From an uncultured Chloroflexia bacterium (GTDB lineage: Bacteria; Chloroflexota; Anaerolineae; JAAYZQ01), in the NCBI GenBank assembly GCA_963700285.1, contig CAVOXA010000003.1:1-60128 (forward strand): 60,128 nucleotides of DNA, read 5' to 3'. This document shows positions 1 through 14,538 of the stretch, in pieces. A program made the position numbers and the translations under genes. The notes beneath the pieces are model-generated. The model made no database searches and was not told where the DNA came from. It saw only the letters and a program-made list of their open reading frames with translations. Every line of letters starts with the position of its first letter. Positions within the stretch are counted from its first letter, which is position 1.

Positions 1-438
1 GACCTCCCGAAATGAGGCACTGATGACACCATCTGATGCCCCCGTACCAGAGCGTTCGACAACCACGATGGCATAGCCGTGGTCAAGCAGGCCCTTGAGC
101 CAGCTCTCGCGAAAGACCATGTCCCCAATATGACCATCCTGGGTAAACCTGGCCCGGAGCTGGAGGGAGGTCCTGGCCACCCAGCTCAAGGTTGCCAGCT
201 CATCCAAGAGGATCTTGCCATCCTCCACCATCTTGACCGCGCGGAGATAGGGAGTATGCATCAGCAGAACCGGCAGGGGTTCCCTTGCAGGACTTCCTCC
301 ACGTGTTGGAAGCAAGAGATCGTAGGCAAGTCTGGCGCCATCCGGACCCGCCAGATAGTCAGAGTGGCGTACGTAGGCATCGTAGACTGGCGGTGAATAG
401 CCCTGGTATTGGTTGAACCGCGATACTCTGGTGGTCAT
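1..438 (-). CDS. CocE/NonD family hydrolase, N-terminal part (runs off window start)
   Basis: Not in ORF track. My translation from ATG at 438 (GGAGG upstream): MTTRVSRFNQYQGYS...DGARLAYDLLLP...PLPVLLMHTPY...GYAIVVVERSGTGASDG, the typical CocE N-terminus. Confidence 0.8.
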   Translation of the reverse strand, partial: MTTRVSRFNQYQGYSPPVYDAYVRHSDYLAGPDGARLAYDLLLPTRGGSPAREPLPVLLMHTPYLRAVKMVEDGKILLDELATLSWVARTSLQLRARFTQDGHIGDMVFRESWLKGLLDHGYAIVVVERSGTGASDGVISASFREV

Positions 439-527
439 TGACCATTCCTCCCCTGCCGATGTGCATCGGGCTGTCACCTCTTAAAGAAGGCTCTGGCCGC
501 TGCGTCCATGCTATCGAGAACCTCGCT

Positions 528-2973
528 CTAGGTCAGGATGGCCTTTACCTGGACCTCACGGCGACCATCCTCTGGCAATGGTACGATGCTGCCCGGCAGG
601 CGCCGGCCGTCCACAGTAAGGGAAACCTCATTGCCCTGACCGGCACGCTCGACGGAGATGTGATAAGTGACTCCCCGAAACACACGGGAAACCTCAAAGC
701 CCGGCCAGTCCCTGGGAATAACCGGGACCACCTGCAGTCCGTCGAACGCAGGCCGGATGCCCAGGATCCATTGGGTGATGGCCACATAGTTCCAGGCGGC
801 CGTACCGGTCAGCCAGGAGTTCTTGGCCTCACCATGACTTGGGGCATCACGTCCGGCGATCATCTGGGCGTAGACGTAGGGCTCGCAGCGATGTATCTCG
901 CTGATTTCCTCCCGGGCTGAGGGATTGATGCGAAGGTAGAGGTCATGGGCATTTTCGCCATGACCGACCATGGCCTCGGCGATCATGATCCAAGGATTGG
1001 TGTGGCAAAAGATGCCAGCGTTCTCTTTGTAGCCCGGTGGATAGGACGAGATTTCACCCAGATTCAGATAGTACCGCGAGTAGGCCGGTTGATGCAGAAC
1101 GATGCCGTGGGGCGTGGCCAGGTGTTCATTGACAGAAACCAACGCTTTGCCGGCCAGGCCATCACCCATGCCAATGCCGGCAAGGATGCAAATGCCCTGG
1201 GATTCGATAAAGATCTTGCCCTCAATGGAATGGTGCGATCCGACCTTCTGTCCAAAATCGTCATAGGCGCGCAGGAACCACTCCCCATCCCAACCGTGCT
1301 CACGTACGGTCGCTGCCATCCCGGCCGCCTCGCCTTCCCAGCGTCGCGCCTCCTCTTCCAACCCACGCCACCGGGCAATGGCGGCCATCTCCTTCGCCGC
1401 CAGCACGAACAGGCCGGCGATAAAGACCGATTCCGCCACCTTGCCATCCTTGGTGACCGTGGTCTGGAAGGATTCACCCGGCGTGCTGGAGAAGGTGTTG
1501 AGATTCAGGCAATCGTTCCAGTCGGCGCGCCCAATAAGAGGCAGATCATGCGGCCCCAGCCTGTCCAGCGTGTAGCCCAGGCTGCGTTGCAAATGCTCGT
1601 ACAGCGGGCGCTCCGAGCCAGGCTGATTGTCGTAAGCTACCTGTTCTTCCAGAATGCTCCAGTCACCGGTCTCCTTCAGGTAGGCGGCTACGCTCAGGAC
1701 CAACCAGAGCGGATCGTCGTTAAAGTCACAGCCGACGGCGTCGTTGCCCCGCTTGGTGAGCGGCTGGTATTGGTGGTAGGCGCCACCCGTTTCCAGTTGA
1801 GTGGCAGCCAGGTCCAGGATGCGGTCGCGAGCCCGGTCCGGCACCATGTGGACAAAGCCTAGCAGGTCCTGGTTGGAGTCGCGAAAGCCCATACCGCGCC
1901 CGATGCCTGACTCAAAATACGAGGCCGAGCGCGACAGATTGAAGGTGACCATACACTGGTAGGCATTCCAGACATTGACCATGCGGTCGGTGTGCACGTC
2001 CGGCGTCCGCACTTGGAAGGCAGCCAGCAGTTCACCCCAACGGGTACGGAGGCTGTCAAAGGCGGCGGTTACGTTCTCGGCCTCCAGGTACTTGGTGATG
2101 ATGGGCTGTATCGTCTGCTTGTTGATCGTCTGTGAGCCAGAGGGGTTGAACTTCTGATCATCGGGATTCTCGTGATAGCCAAGAAGAAAGATGACCTGCC
2201 GTGTCTCTCCAGGGACCAGCGTCACCCGGACATGGTGCGAGCCAATCGGCGCCCAGCCGTGAGCCACCGAGTTGAAGGAGCGCCCAGCTTCGACGGCTGC
2301 AGGATTGTCCCAACCCCGGAAGGGCCCCAGAAAAGTATCCCGCTGCGTGTCAAAACCGTCCAACTCCTCAGAACAGGCAAAGTAGGCAAAATGGTTCCGG
2401 CGCTCCCTGTACTCTGTCTTGTGGTAGATCACACTCCCGACTACTTCTACCTCAGCAATGTTGAAATTACGCTGGTAATTGGTCGCGTCGTCCAGGGCAT
2501 CCCACAGACAGAACTCCACGCAGGAAAAGACCGACAGGCTGGAAGGCTTCGCGCAATGGTTGGTGAGACGAAGCTGCCAGATCTCGAGATCCTGACCCGG
2601 AGGCACAAAATAGTTGACTTGGGCACTCAAGCCCGCGGTAGGTAGAGCCGATGGTTGTATAGCCCAGACCGTGGCGACAGGTATAGTCCTCCAAGTCACA
2701 GCGGGTGGGCTGCCAGGTGGGGGACCAGAACTCGCCAGTCTCAGTGTCCCGGAGGTAAAGGTAGCGCCCTCCCACATCGAGCGGTACATTGTTGTAGCGA
2801 TAGCGCGTGATGCGCCTCAGACGCGCATCACGGTGGAAAACGTAGCCGCCGGCCGTATTGGAGATGAGGCCGACATAGTCTTCACTGCCCAGGTAATTGA
2901 TCCAGGGCAGCGGCGTATCGGGCCGTGTGATAACGTACTCGCGGTTCTCATCGTCGAAAAAGCCATAGCGCAT
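528..2973 (-). CDS. cbpA: GH94 cellobiose phosphorylase (one frameshift near 2620)
   Basis: [82 protein letters not shown]; joined from ORFs 2467-2973 and 528-2789. Confidence 0.88.
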
Positions 2974-3176
2974 GAGATTCCCTCAAAAGCGAAAGGTTGA
3001 TTCAGGCACCCATTATAGCCTGAACCTCATGGGTTTGTCCATCTCGGAAGTCAGGCACAAGTACCCTTCCACTGGCTGACCATCGGCGCAGCGTGACCGG
3101 AGGCCCCTCCACACAGGCTCTGGATTCTTGACCTCAGTGTGATAGACGGCGCACCTGAAGGCAGTGGACGGCGTCC

Positions 3177-4286
3177 TCAATCTATCATGTGCCCTTGCTG
3201 CTGGTACCGGCGAAACAACGCACCCCAGGCAGTGTTGGAACGCCAGCGACTGGCAACGCCCCTGTACTTGAGCGGCCAGTAAAGATAGTCCTGCTCGATC
3301 TCCCCTATCAGTGTGGGGACAATGACCAAGGGTGTCCGCAGGACCAGCTTTTGCAGTACGCGCGTTGGGCCGTACCATGCCAGCCAAGCCAGGAAACTGT
3401 GCGAATTGTGGCCCACCCGGAACCCCCAGTTTTCTTCAGACACATCGTCACCTGCCAGCTCAATGTCGCGCAGGTCGCCCACGCCCAACCCCTGTTCCTG
3501 GGCCAGGTGGATGTACTTGATACCCAACGGGTCAAAGCCCATCAGTTTCGCCGCCACGGCGTCGACTGCAACCTGGTCGGCTGAGGCGAGGATGATGTTT
3601 TTTACGACGGGCTGCACCATTCGGGGGCCAGCCCCATTGCCGGCAGTGGTACCATCCATCACAGCAAAGATCCCAGGATGTATTTCCTTCTGGATTGCCA
3701 GCAGATCCACCAGGGTCTCGTGGATCCAGGTGTGTGTGTAATGACGGTATTTGCTCAGCAGTCCCCCAAAGGCGTTTTTCATTGCCCCGGTGGTCACGGT
3801 GTACATGTGCGTCTTGACCGTCGGCAGGTGAACGATGTTTTTACCAAAAAAGTAGTCTGGCAGGTAGATTCCCTCGGGATAAATGTGATCTAGGGCCAGT
3901 AATTTGGCTTGGGGCCGGTAGGGAATCCAGGTCATATCTTCTTTGCGAAAGTTGTAAAGCACTGGCACGTCGTGATGCTGAAAGACTGGTAGGTAGCGGT
4001 TCAGATCCTCACCCTTGAAAGCATTGGTAACTACAGTCTGGTTTTGCACACACGCCACATCAGCAAAACCTGCCTGGCGCAGGGCCAGGATGGTACCTTC
4101 GAGCTGCCAGGGTGTGGTGTTGGCTCCAGGCATTGGAAAGTGCCAAGTGATGTTATCCTTCAAGATTGTAGTGGTATTGGACTGAAGCGCTTTCGCTCCT
4201 CCTGCGAGTTCAAACAGGCGTTGATAATCCTCAAGTACAGTCTCGGGCTGCGTGTACAGTACGGCCACTTTCGACTTTATCGACAT
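3177..4286 (-). CDS. DUF362 domain protein
   Basis: ILKDNITWH..PGANTTPWQLEG, HLPTVKTH..TTGAMKNAFGG, DGTTAGNG.GP, SADQVAVDA. Confidence 0.8.
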   Translation of the reverse strand: MSIKSKVAVLYTQPETVLEDYQRLFELAGGAKALQSNTTTILKDNITWHFPMPGANTTPWQLEGTILALRQAGFADVACVQNQTVVTNAFKGEDLNRYLPVFQHHDVPVLYNFRKEDMTWIPYRPQAKLLALDHIYPEGIYLPDYFFGKNIVHLPTVKTHMYTVTTGAMKNAFGGLLSKYRHYTHTWIHETLVDLLAIQKEIHPGIFAVMDGTTAGNGAGPRMVQPVVKNIILASADQVAVDAVAAKLMGFDPLGIKYIHLAQEQGLGVGDLRDIELAGDDVSEENWGFRVGHNSHSFLAWLAWYGPTRVLQKLVLRTPLVIVPTLIGEIEQDYLYWPLKYRGVASRWRSNTAWGALFRRYQQQGHMID

Positions 4287-4415
4287 TTGAACATCCTCGG
4301 TCGTTTTCTCTGAAAATGCTCAACAGATAGGCCTAGATGGCAGGCAGTGGAGCTAGCCACGCCCCAGAATCAACCAGCACAGCCAGCTTGCAGGATCTAT
4401 TCGCCTCAGGTGACA

Positions 4416-6719
4416 TTATTTAGCCTGGCCGTGAACCTGCGCCAGCAGCCCGTCCACAAGATCCTCGGGGTGCATGGGCAGCGCGCTTTGCTGCCACATC
4501 AGCACGCTCACCAGCGGCATATCGCCCATCATATCCATGAAATCCATGCCGATGGCGTTTTCGTCGCCATCGCCCTCGCCGAACATTTTGCGGCTCTGTT
4601 CTTCCATCTGGGCGTAGAAGGGCCCGAAGGCGACTTTCCCCCGCGGGTCAGCCATCCACTCGCGGATGGTGGATTCCCTGTCGAGAATGCAGGGCAGGTT
4701 CAGGGTCGATTCGAGCGTCACCGCCAGGGTGTGGCGAATATCGGCGGCGGAGGACGCGATCAGGATGTCGAACTCTCCATCCTCGGTGATCCATTGCTTG
4801 TATTCGGGATGATAGTAGGCAAAGGCTCGGAAGTCCAGCTTGATGGCGACCGATTTGGTCTCACCCGGCTGGAGTGCCACCTTGGCGAAACCTTTCAGCT
4901 CCTTTTCGGGCCGCACCAGACCCGATGCGCGGTCGTGGACGTACACCTGGACGATCTCCTTGCCCGCCATGTGGCCCGTGTTGGTGACATCCACCGTCAC
5001 GGTCAGCCCGTCTACATCCCGGAAGGTCTTCGCCGACACTTGGGCATTGCTGTAGGCAAAGGTGGTGTAGCTCAAGCCATGGCCAAAGGGAAAGAGCACC
5101 GGCAGCTCCTTGGCGTCGTAATAGCGGTAGCCGATGAACAGCCCTTCGCCGTACTGCACCTTGCCCGCGCCGCCCGGCCAGTTGAGATACGCCGGGGTGT
5201 CGGAGAGCTTGAGCGGGAAGGTCTCGGCCAGCTTGCCGCAGGGGTTGACCTGGCCAAAGAGGATGTCGGCCAGCGCCCCACCGCCCGCCTGGCCCATCAT
5301 CCAGCCTTCGAGGACGGCCGGAACCTCGTCGATCCAGGCGCTCATGGCCACCGGCGCGCCGTTATTGAGCACCACAACGGTCTTGGGCTGGGCTTTGGCC
5401 ACTGCCTGGATCAGCGCCACCTGCTGCACGGTCAGATCGAGGTCGGTGCGATCGTAGCCTTCGGATTCTTTGAAGGTGGGCAGCGCGATGTAGAGCAGCG
5501 CAACATCCGCGGATTGCGCCAGTCCCACGGCCTGGTCGATCAAATCCTGGCGGAAGGAGTCGTCCGCGGGATAGCCTTCGGCGTAGGTCAGTTCGGCGTC
5601 ACCGGCGCGAGACTGAAGCTCCTGGAAGGGCACGTCCACTCGGGTCGGGTTGATGTGCGAGCTGCCGCCGCCCTGGAAGTAAGCGGCTTTGGCGGAACGA
5701 CCGATGACGGCGATCTGCCGGTGGCCTTTCAGGGGCAGCAGGCGGCCCTGCTGCGGCAGGGCATCATTCTTGAGCAAGACCATGCCCTCTGCGGCGATCT
5801 TGCGCGCAAGTCTGTGATGCGCATCCACGTCGAAGGCGCCGCCCTTGGGGGTCTCCTGGGCCTTGAACACGATCCGCAAAATACGGCGGACCGATTCATC
5901 CAGGATCGCCTCAGCCAATTCGCCGGAGCGTACCGCTTCGACGACGGCCTTGACGCGCCGGTCCTGCGGGCCGGGCATTTCCCAATCCAGCCCGCCTCGG
6001 AGCGCGGCCACGCGGTCGCGCACGGCGCCCCAGTCGGAGACCACCAACCCTTCGAAGCCCCATTCATCCTTGAGGATCTTGGTCAGCAGGGTGTGATGCT
6101 CGGAAGCGAAGATGCCGTTCACCTTGTTGTAGGAGCACATCACCGTCCAGGGTTGGGCCTCCTTGACGGCCTTCTCGAAGGCGGGCAGGTAGATTTCGCG
6201 CAGGGTGCGTTCGTCCACCTCGGCGCTGATGCTGAAGCGCTGAAATTCCTGGTTGTTGACGGCATAGTGCTTGAGCGAGGTGCCCACGCCTTTCGATTGA
6301 ACGCCGTTGATAAAGCTGACCGCCATCTCTCCGGCCAGGTAGGGATCTTCGGAGAAATACTCAAAGTTGCGGCCCCCCAGCGGCGAGCGCTTCATGTTGA
6401 CGCCGGGGCCAAGCACGACATCCACATTCAGGGCGATGGCTTCTTCCGCCAGCGCCGCGCCCAGTTGGCCCATCAACTCCACGTCCCAGGTGGATGCGCT
6501 GCAGGAGGCCGTGGGGAAACAGGTGGCGGGCAAGCTTTGCAGGGCCATCGAGTGAATATCGGGTACACGTCGGACGCCGTGCGGGCCGTCCGCAACGATC
6601 ATCTCGGGCACGCCCAGGCGTTCCACCGGGGTGGTCGACCACGCGCTGGCGCCGGTACACAGGGCGGCTTTTTCTTCGAGCGTCATGCTGGCAATGATGG
6701 ACTGAATATCGTTGTTCAT
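4416..6719 (-). CDS. GH3 beta-glucosidase with Fn3-like C-terminal domain; no signal peptide
   Basis: DGPHGVR, GRNFEYFSEDP, KHYAVNNQE, VVSDWG nucleophile motif, ESEGYDR, YGEGLFIGYRYYD; ATG at 6719 with AAGGA upstream. Confidence 0.93.
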   Translation of the reverse strand: MNNDIQSIIASMTLEEKAALCTGASAWSTTPVERLGVPEMIVADGPHGVRRVPDIHSMALQSLPATCFPTASCSASTWDVELMGQLGAALAEEAIALNVDVVLGPGVNMKRSPLGGRNFEYFSEDPYLAGEMAVSFINGVQSKGVGTSLKHYAVNNQEFQRFSISAEVDERTLREIYLPAFEKAVKEAQPWTVMCSYNKVNGIFASEHHTLLTKILKDEWGFEGLVVSDWGAVRDRVAALRGGLDWEMPGPQDRRVKAVVEAVRSGELAEAILDESVRRILRIVFKAQETPKGGAFDVDAHHRLARKIAAEGMVLLKNDALPQQGRLLPLKGHRQIAVIGRSAKAAYFQGGGSSHINPTRVDVPFQELQSRAGDAELTYAEGYPADDSFRQDLIDQAVGLAQSADVALLYIALPTFKESEGYDRTDLDLTVQQVALIQAVAKAQPKTVVVLNNGAPVAMSAWIDEVPAVLEGWMMGQAGGGALADILFGQVNPCGKLAETFPLKLSDTPAYLNWPGGAGKVQYGEGLFIGYRYYDAKELPVLFPFGHGLSYTTFAYSNAQVSAKTFRDVDGLTVTVDVTNTGHMAGKEIVQVYVHDRASGLVRPEKELKGFAKVALQPGETKSVAIKLDFRAFAYYHPEYKQWITEDGEFDILIASSAADIRHTLAVTLESTLNLPCILDRESTIREWMADPRGKVAFGPFYAQMEEQSRKMFGEGDGDENAIGMDFMDMMGDMPLVSVLMWQQSALPMHPEDLVDGLLAQVHGQAK

Positions 6720-6740
6720 GTCATTCCTTCGTTGAGTCAT

Positions 6741-9331
<2,591 letters not shown>

Positions 9332-9348
9332 GTCGTTTTCCTGTGAAC

Positions 9349-10223
9349 TCACTTTTCTTTCCAAACAGCCTGTAAGGCTCGATAGTCCAGGAGGTATGAT
9401 ACCTTCTTCTCGGACGATATCTTTCGCCTGTTGAGACGTCAGAAAGTCAAAATCCGTCTGGCGGATATGATTGCCGCCAGGCTCTATCGCCAGCAATTCG
9501 GGACTGTCGAGGCCCGGATGCACCGCCCACTCACTCAGACCAACGGGCAGCTCGCGCAGAAGTTCAGCATAGTGAGCGGCTTTGTTGACCGGATCAAGGA
9601 GGTAGCTGTCCAAAACGTCGTAATCGTTGGTGGGGAACCCTCGGCTTTGCAGTTTTTCGATCCAGGATCGGCCGGAAACCCGGAGCGCCAGCCCATATTC
9701 TCTTGCCAGCCTCAGCATCACATCGAAAATATCCTCCCTACCGCCGATACGCAGAGAATGCCAGTCCAGGTGCGTAGGCTGAAGCCCCGCAGCCAGCACG
9801 ACTTCGATCTGCGCCCTGAATTCCATCTCCAGTTGATCGAGCCTGACCTGAGCCAGGAATTCGGGCATGTGCTCAAAGTCGTAGAAATACCCTGCCTGGA
9901 TCGAGCAGGGAGGGCACCTTTTCTCTGGCGGTCACCGGTCCCCAACGGTAATCGGCCGAATCAGAGATGGCGGTGAGGTGAATGCCAAAGGGTATTTCCG
10001 GATGGTCTGCGAGGAAATGCGTGGCGTGTAACATCCAGGGACACGGGACCATCAAGCTGGTGGAGCGGACGATGCCCTCCTTCAACGTGCCGAAGATGGC
10101 TTCATTCACCGCATGGCACATCCCAAAATCATCGGCGTTGACAATCAAAAGACGAGCATCGGCCGGATACCCCAGCAATTGGTTTGTTTGGCCGTTGGGC
10201 GCCATGCTCGTCTTCTTGTCCAA
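9349..10223 (-). CDS. YdjC/ChbG family carbohydrate deacetylase (frameshifted)
   Basis: LIVNADDFGMCHAVN, GIHLT, PTHLDWH, EWAVHPG. The 8759-9868 ORF is a frameshift chimera of this gene and GH2. Confidence 0.85.
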
Positions 10224-10267
10224 CCTTCCTTAGGTCTTCGCTCGAATCCAAAGTCAAGAGGAATGGA

Positions 10268-11081
10268 CTACACAGTTGAGAGATCCCACTCTTCGTAGAT
10301 CTTTGGAACATCATTGATCAGGCGTTGGGTGTATGGCTCTTTCGGATGCAGAATCACCTCATCGGCAGATCCGCTTTCAACAAATTTGCCATGCTCCATA
10401 ATGTATACGCTGTCAGAAACATAGTACGCCAGGCCAATATCATGGGTGATGAAAATAATCGTCATCCCGATTTCGTCACGCAATTGCATCAGCATATCCA
10501 GGATGGTGGCGCGTGAACAGGCATCGATCATCGAGGTCGGCTCATCGGCCAGCAGGATCTTTGGCTTCAGCAGGAAGATACGGGCAATCATCAAGCGCTG
10601 CATCTGTCCGCCGGAAAGCTCAAAAGGATACTTGTTGGTCAATTCCTCGAACTTCAGGTTGACAAAGCTGCACGCCTCTGCCATCATCTCTACTTTTTCC
10701 GCACGCGGAAGCCTTCGACCGCCACGCATGTGAATGCAATCCAACAGCACGGTATCAATCTTGCTGAAAGATGTTGTATGAAGAGAACGGATCCTGAAAG
10801 ATCGCCTGAATATTTTTCCAGTATTCCTTTTTCTTCTTGTGAGTCCTGATATCACGCTTCTTCCCCTGGAAGTAAATCTCACCCTCGGTAGGGTTGATCA
10901 ATCCCAAAAGCATCTTCGCCAACGTGGTCTTTCCGCTGCCCGATTCGCCCACGATGGAGATGACTTCACCCTCGTGGAAATCGAAATCCACATGATCGAC
11001 GGCAACCGTTCTCGTGCGGCCAAACCCAAATACCTTGGTAAGCCCTGTCCCACTCAAGCATGGACTTTTTTCACCGGTCAT
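10268..11081 (-). CDS. Opp/Dpp-type ABC ATP-binding protein (OppF-like, frameshifted)
   Basis: GESGSGKT Walker [25 protein letters not shown]. Confidence 0.88.
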
Positions 11082-12108
11082 TTTGATTAGCCTCCCTCGA
11101 TAGACCTCCCTCAGTGTCTCTTCCGATAGGATACAGCGGTAAGCGCGACCACCACCCGCATCGTAAAGCGGGACAGAAGTCACCCTGCATTCTGGCTGAA
11201 CATATTTGCAGCGTTCGGCAAAGCGGCAGCCCGCCGGCGGGTTTTTCAGATTCGGCGGCACCCCAGGAATGGCCGTCAGTTTGACATCCCGCAGACCTTC
11301 TTCGGGCACAATGATCGAGCCCATGAGACCCTTTGGCATAGGGATGGAGCGGATCAAACACGGCTTCTTTGGCGCGTGGCCTTCTCCACGATCTGCCCGG
11401 CGTACATGACCATGATGTCATCGGTCACGTTGTAAAGCAGCGGGAGTTCATGCGTGATGAAGATCATCGATTTGATGAAGCCATTTTCCATCAAACCCTT
11501 GAGCATCTTGATGACCATCTTCTGTGAAGTGACATCCAGCGCGGAGGAAGGCTCATCGGCAATCAGCACCTTTGGCGAGAGAATCACCGACACCGCGATC
11601 ACCGTGCGCTGTTTCATGCCGCCCGAAAGTTCAACGGGGTATTTTTGCAGCACTTCCGCTGGAAGCCCCAGGAGTCTCAAAAGTTTGCTCTGGCCAGGTC
11701 ATAGATATCTTTCTTGTTTTCGGTTGGATCATGCGCTTGAACGACATCCTCAATAAAGTGGATGATCTTCTGGGTGGGGTTGAGCGCGTTCATCGCCGCC
11801 TGGGGGATATAGGCAATCTCTGTCCCCAATATCGATTTGCGAACGTCATCAGGGTCCATTCCGGAGATATTGCGCCCGTCGATGATGATCTCACCACTCG
11901 TATAGTGCAGCGGAGGAAAGTAATAGCCCATCAGGCTGAGCGCCAGCGTCGACTTTCCGCAGCCGGATTCTCCCGCAATTCCCAGCGATTTCCCTTCTTC
12001 GACCTTCAGAGAAACGTGGTCAACCGCGTAAATATCTTCCTGAAACCGGGTGATATATTTTGTTGTCAGTTCTCTGACCTCTAAAATTACTTTTGACATG
12101 TCAATCAC
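11071..12108 (-). CDS. Opp/Dpp-type ABC ATP-binding protein (OppD-like, frameshifted)
   Basis: [40 protein letters not shown]-terminal Cys cluster. Confidence 0.88.
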
Positions 12109-13369
12109 CTACTCCCTCAATGCCGGATTGAATACCTGGTCGAGACCTGTATTCATCAGGTTCAGCGAGAACGAAATCAGAGCTATGACGATGATCACGG
12201 GAAAGTACGCCCACCATTTTCCCAGGATCTGCGCCTGGTAGATCATGGCCCAGTTCATCATCAACCCCAAGGTTGGCACTTCCGTGGTTCTGGGTCCCAA
12301 CCCAAGGATCGACAACCCGGCCTCCGCCAGGATACCCGCGGAAATTTGCAGGATCAGCGCCATAACGACATAAGAAGCGATATAGGGCAGAATATCGGCG
12401 AGGATGATGTGAACGATCGAGTGCCCGGATAGTTTCGACAGGTTGACATGGTCGCGATTGCGCAGAGAAATCACTTGCGCCCGCACGGCCCTGGCCGTCC
12501 ATACCCAGGAGGTAAACCCGATCACCACGGCGATCGTGACGGCACCGCGTTGTTCCTGCCCGATGCTGAAGGAAATCAGGATCAACAACACAATAGTGGG
12601 GATGACGGTAAAGAGATTGGTGACGAACATGATGCCGTCATCCACCAGGCCGCCGATATACCCGGCCAGCAATCCCAGGGTCAAACCGATCAAGGTTGCA
12701 ATGATACCGGCGACAAAACCGATCAGCAGCGATACGCCAGTGGCCGCGACCAGCTCCGTCAGCACATCCCTGCCAAAGTTATCGGTTCCCAGCGGCAACA
12801 CCCGTACATTCGCAACCTGGCTCGACATTCACATAATCAGATTGTTCGATGATACCTTTCTCCTCCAGGGCACCCGTTTCCGGATTTTTTGCCGCAATGA
12901 TCGCCCCCTCGGTCGACAGGAGTCCCTCAAGTGAGTTATCGAGCCTGATATAGTAATTCCGCTTGGCATTCGTCATCCCAGGGATCTTTGTCTTGGGATC
13001 ATAGTTGTTCACCCACTGATCCAGGAGCTTTTCGGTATCCGCGATATCGATCTCGTCTTCAGGAATCCCAGACCGCCACCAGCCATTCCTTCATGGCCAG
13101 GCGGTCCTCCTCGCTCAGCTTGCTGGCAATTCGCTTGGCAGCGGCATCATCCAAGATTGAGGGTATAGTGGGTAGTGAGAACCGATGCTGTCATATACAT
13201 TCACATAGATCCCGGGGGGAAAGAAAGTGCCCTGGCCGATGATCTCCAGTGGCGGGTATCGTCACGATCAGCGGATAGATGATCACGATCAGCAAAATCT
13301 GCCATAAAGATGGAAAAACCAACCACAAATTTACCGGAGCGAAAAATCTGTCGAAGGGTATGTCTTCAT
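12109..13369 (-). CDS. ABC permease OppC-like with long N-terminal loop insert (frameshifted)
   Basis: [27 protein letters not shown]; ATG at 13369 with AGGAG, first TM begins [13 protein letters not shown]. Confidence 0.85.
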
Positions 13370-13390
13370 AACAGCATCTCTCCTCAATCT

Positions 13391-14393
13391 TCAGATCTGC
13401 GCCGCTTTTATGCGCGGGTCAATAAAGCCATAGAGGATTTCGATGGTGAATGTCGCGATCAGCACCATCACGGTGATGATCAAGGTGGTCGCTGAGATCA
13501 GCGGATAATCCTCCCCCAATACAGCGGTCAGAGATCGTGGAACCAAGCCCCGGATAGCTAAAGATGATCTCTGCCACCAGCGCGCCGCCGACCATGGTGC
13601 CGATCGACAGCGCCAAACCGGTGACCTGCGGCAGCATGGCATTCCGAAATACATAGCGGAGGATCTTGCGGTCTTTGATGCCCATGAAACGGCTGTATTT
13701 TACATAGTCCGCATTCAGCTCATAGATGGCCATGGAGCGCATGCCAATCGCCTGACCGCCGATGATGATCAACACGATCGACCAGAATGGCAATTGGTAG
13801 TGGACAATCACGGACCATATGAATTCCCAGCTAAAGTTGGGGATCAGGTCAAACCCATATCCACCAGAGGTTGGGAACCATTCCAGGGTGACAGCAAACA
13901 CAACCAACAGAATGATGGCCATACCAAAGGCCGGCAAACTGCTGACAAAAATACTGACGGGCATGAGGACTTTGTCAAAGCCCCCCTTGCGATAAGCCGC
14001 CAGGGCGCCGAGGAAGTTGCCGATCAGCCAGCCAACGATGATCGCCGGTAACTGTAGGATCACCGTCCACCAGATGGAAGATGCGATAACGTCTGCCACG
14101 GTTCTGGGATATTGGCTGAACGAGAAACCAAAATCACCCCGCAGCACATTTCTCACATAGAGGAAGAATTGTTCGTGCATGGGTATGTTGGTGCCAAACA
14201 GCTCTGTGTATTGCTCGTAAATCGCTTGGACCCCGGTCGCATCGCTCATGCCTTGGGCCATCCTTGATACGATGGCTGCCACAGGATCTCCCGGCATCAG
14301 GCGGGGCAGGATGAAATTCAGGATGAATGCAGAAACCAATGTGATCAAGAACCAAACCAACTTATTGCCGAAATACTTCAAGTACCCTTTCAA
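13391..14393 (-). CDS. ABC permease OppB-like (frameshift near C-terminus)
   Basis: [32 protein letters not shown]; TTG start with GAGGAGG. Confidence 0.88.
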
Positions 14394-14483
14394 CCCAGCA
14401 CCTCCTCGCTGACATTTCGGATGGTGTGTGCGGTTTGACCGATCCCACATAACAAACATAGGATGATCCCCCTGAATTATAAC

Positions 14484-14523
14484 AAACAGCCATGTTCCGC
14501 GATAGCGCGGAACATGGCTGTTT
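14484..14523 (-). terminator. 18-bp perfect hairpin between the substrate-binding protein and permease genes
   Basis: AAACAGCCATGTTCCGCG-ATAG-CGCGGAACATGGCTGTTT. Confidence 0.75.
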
Positions 14524-14538
14524 TCATTGACCTATTGT

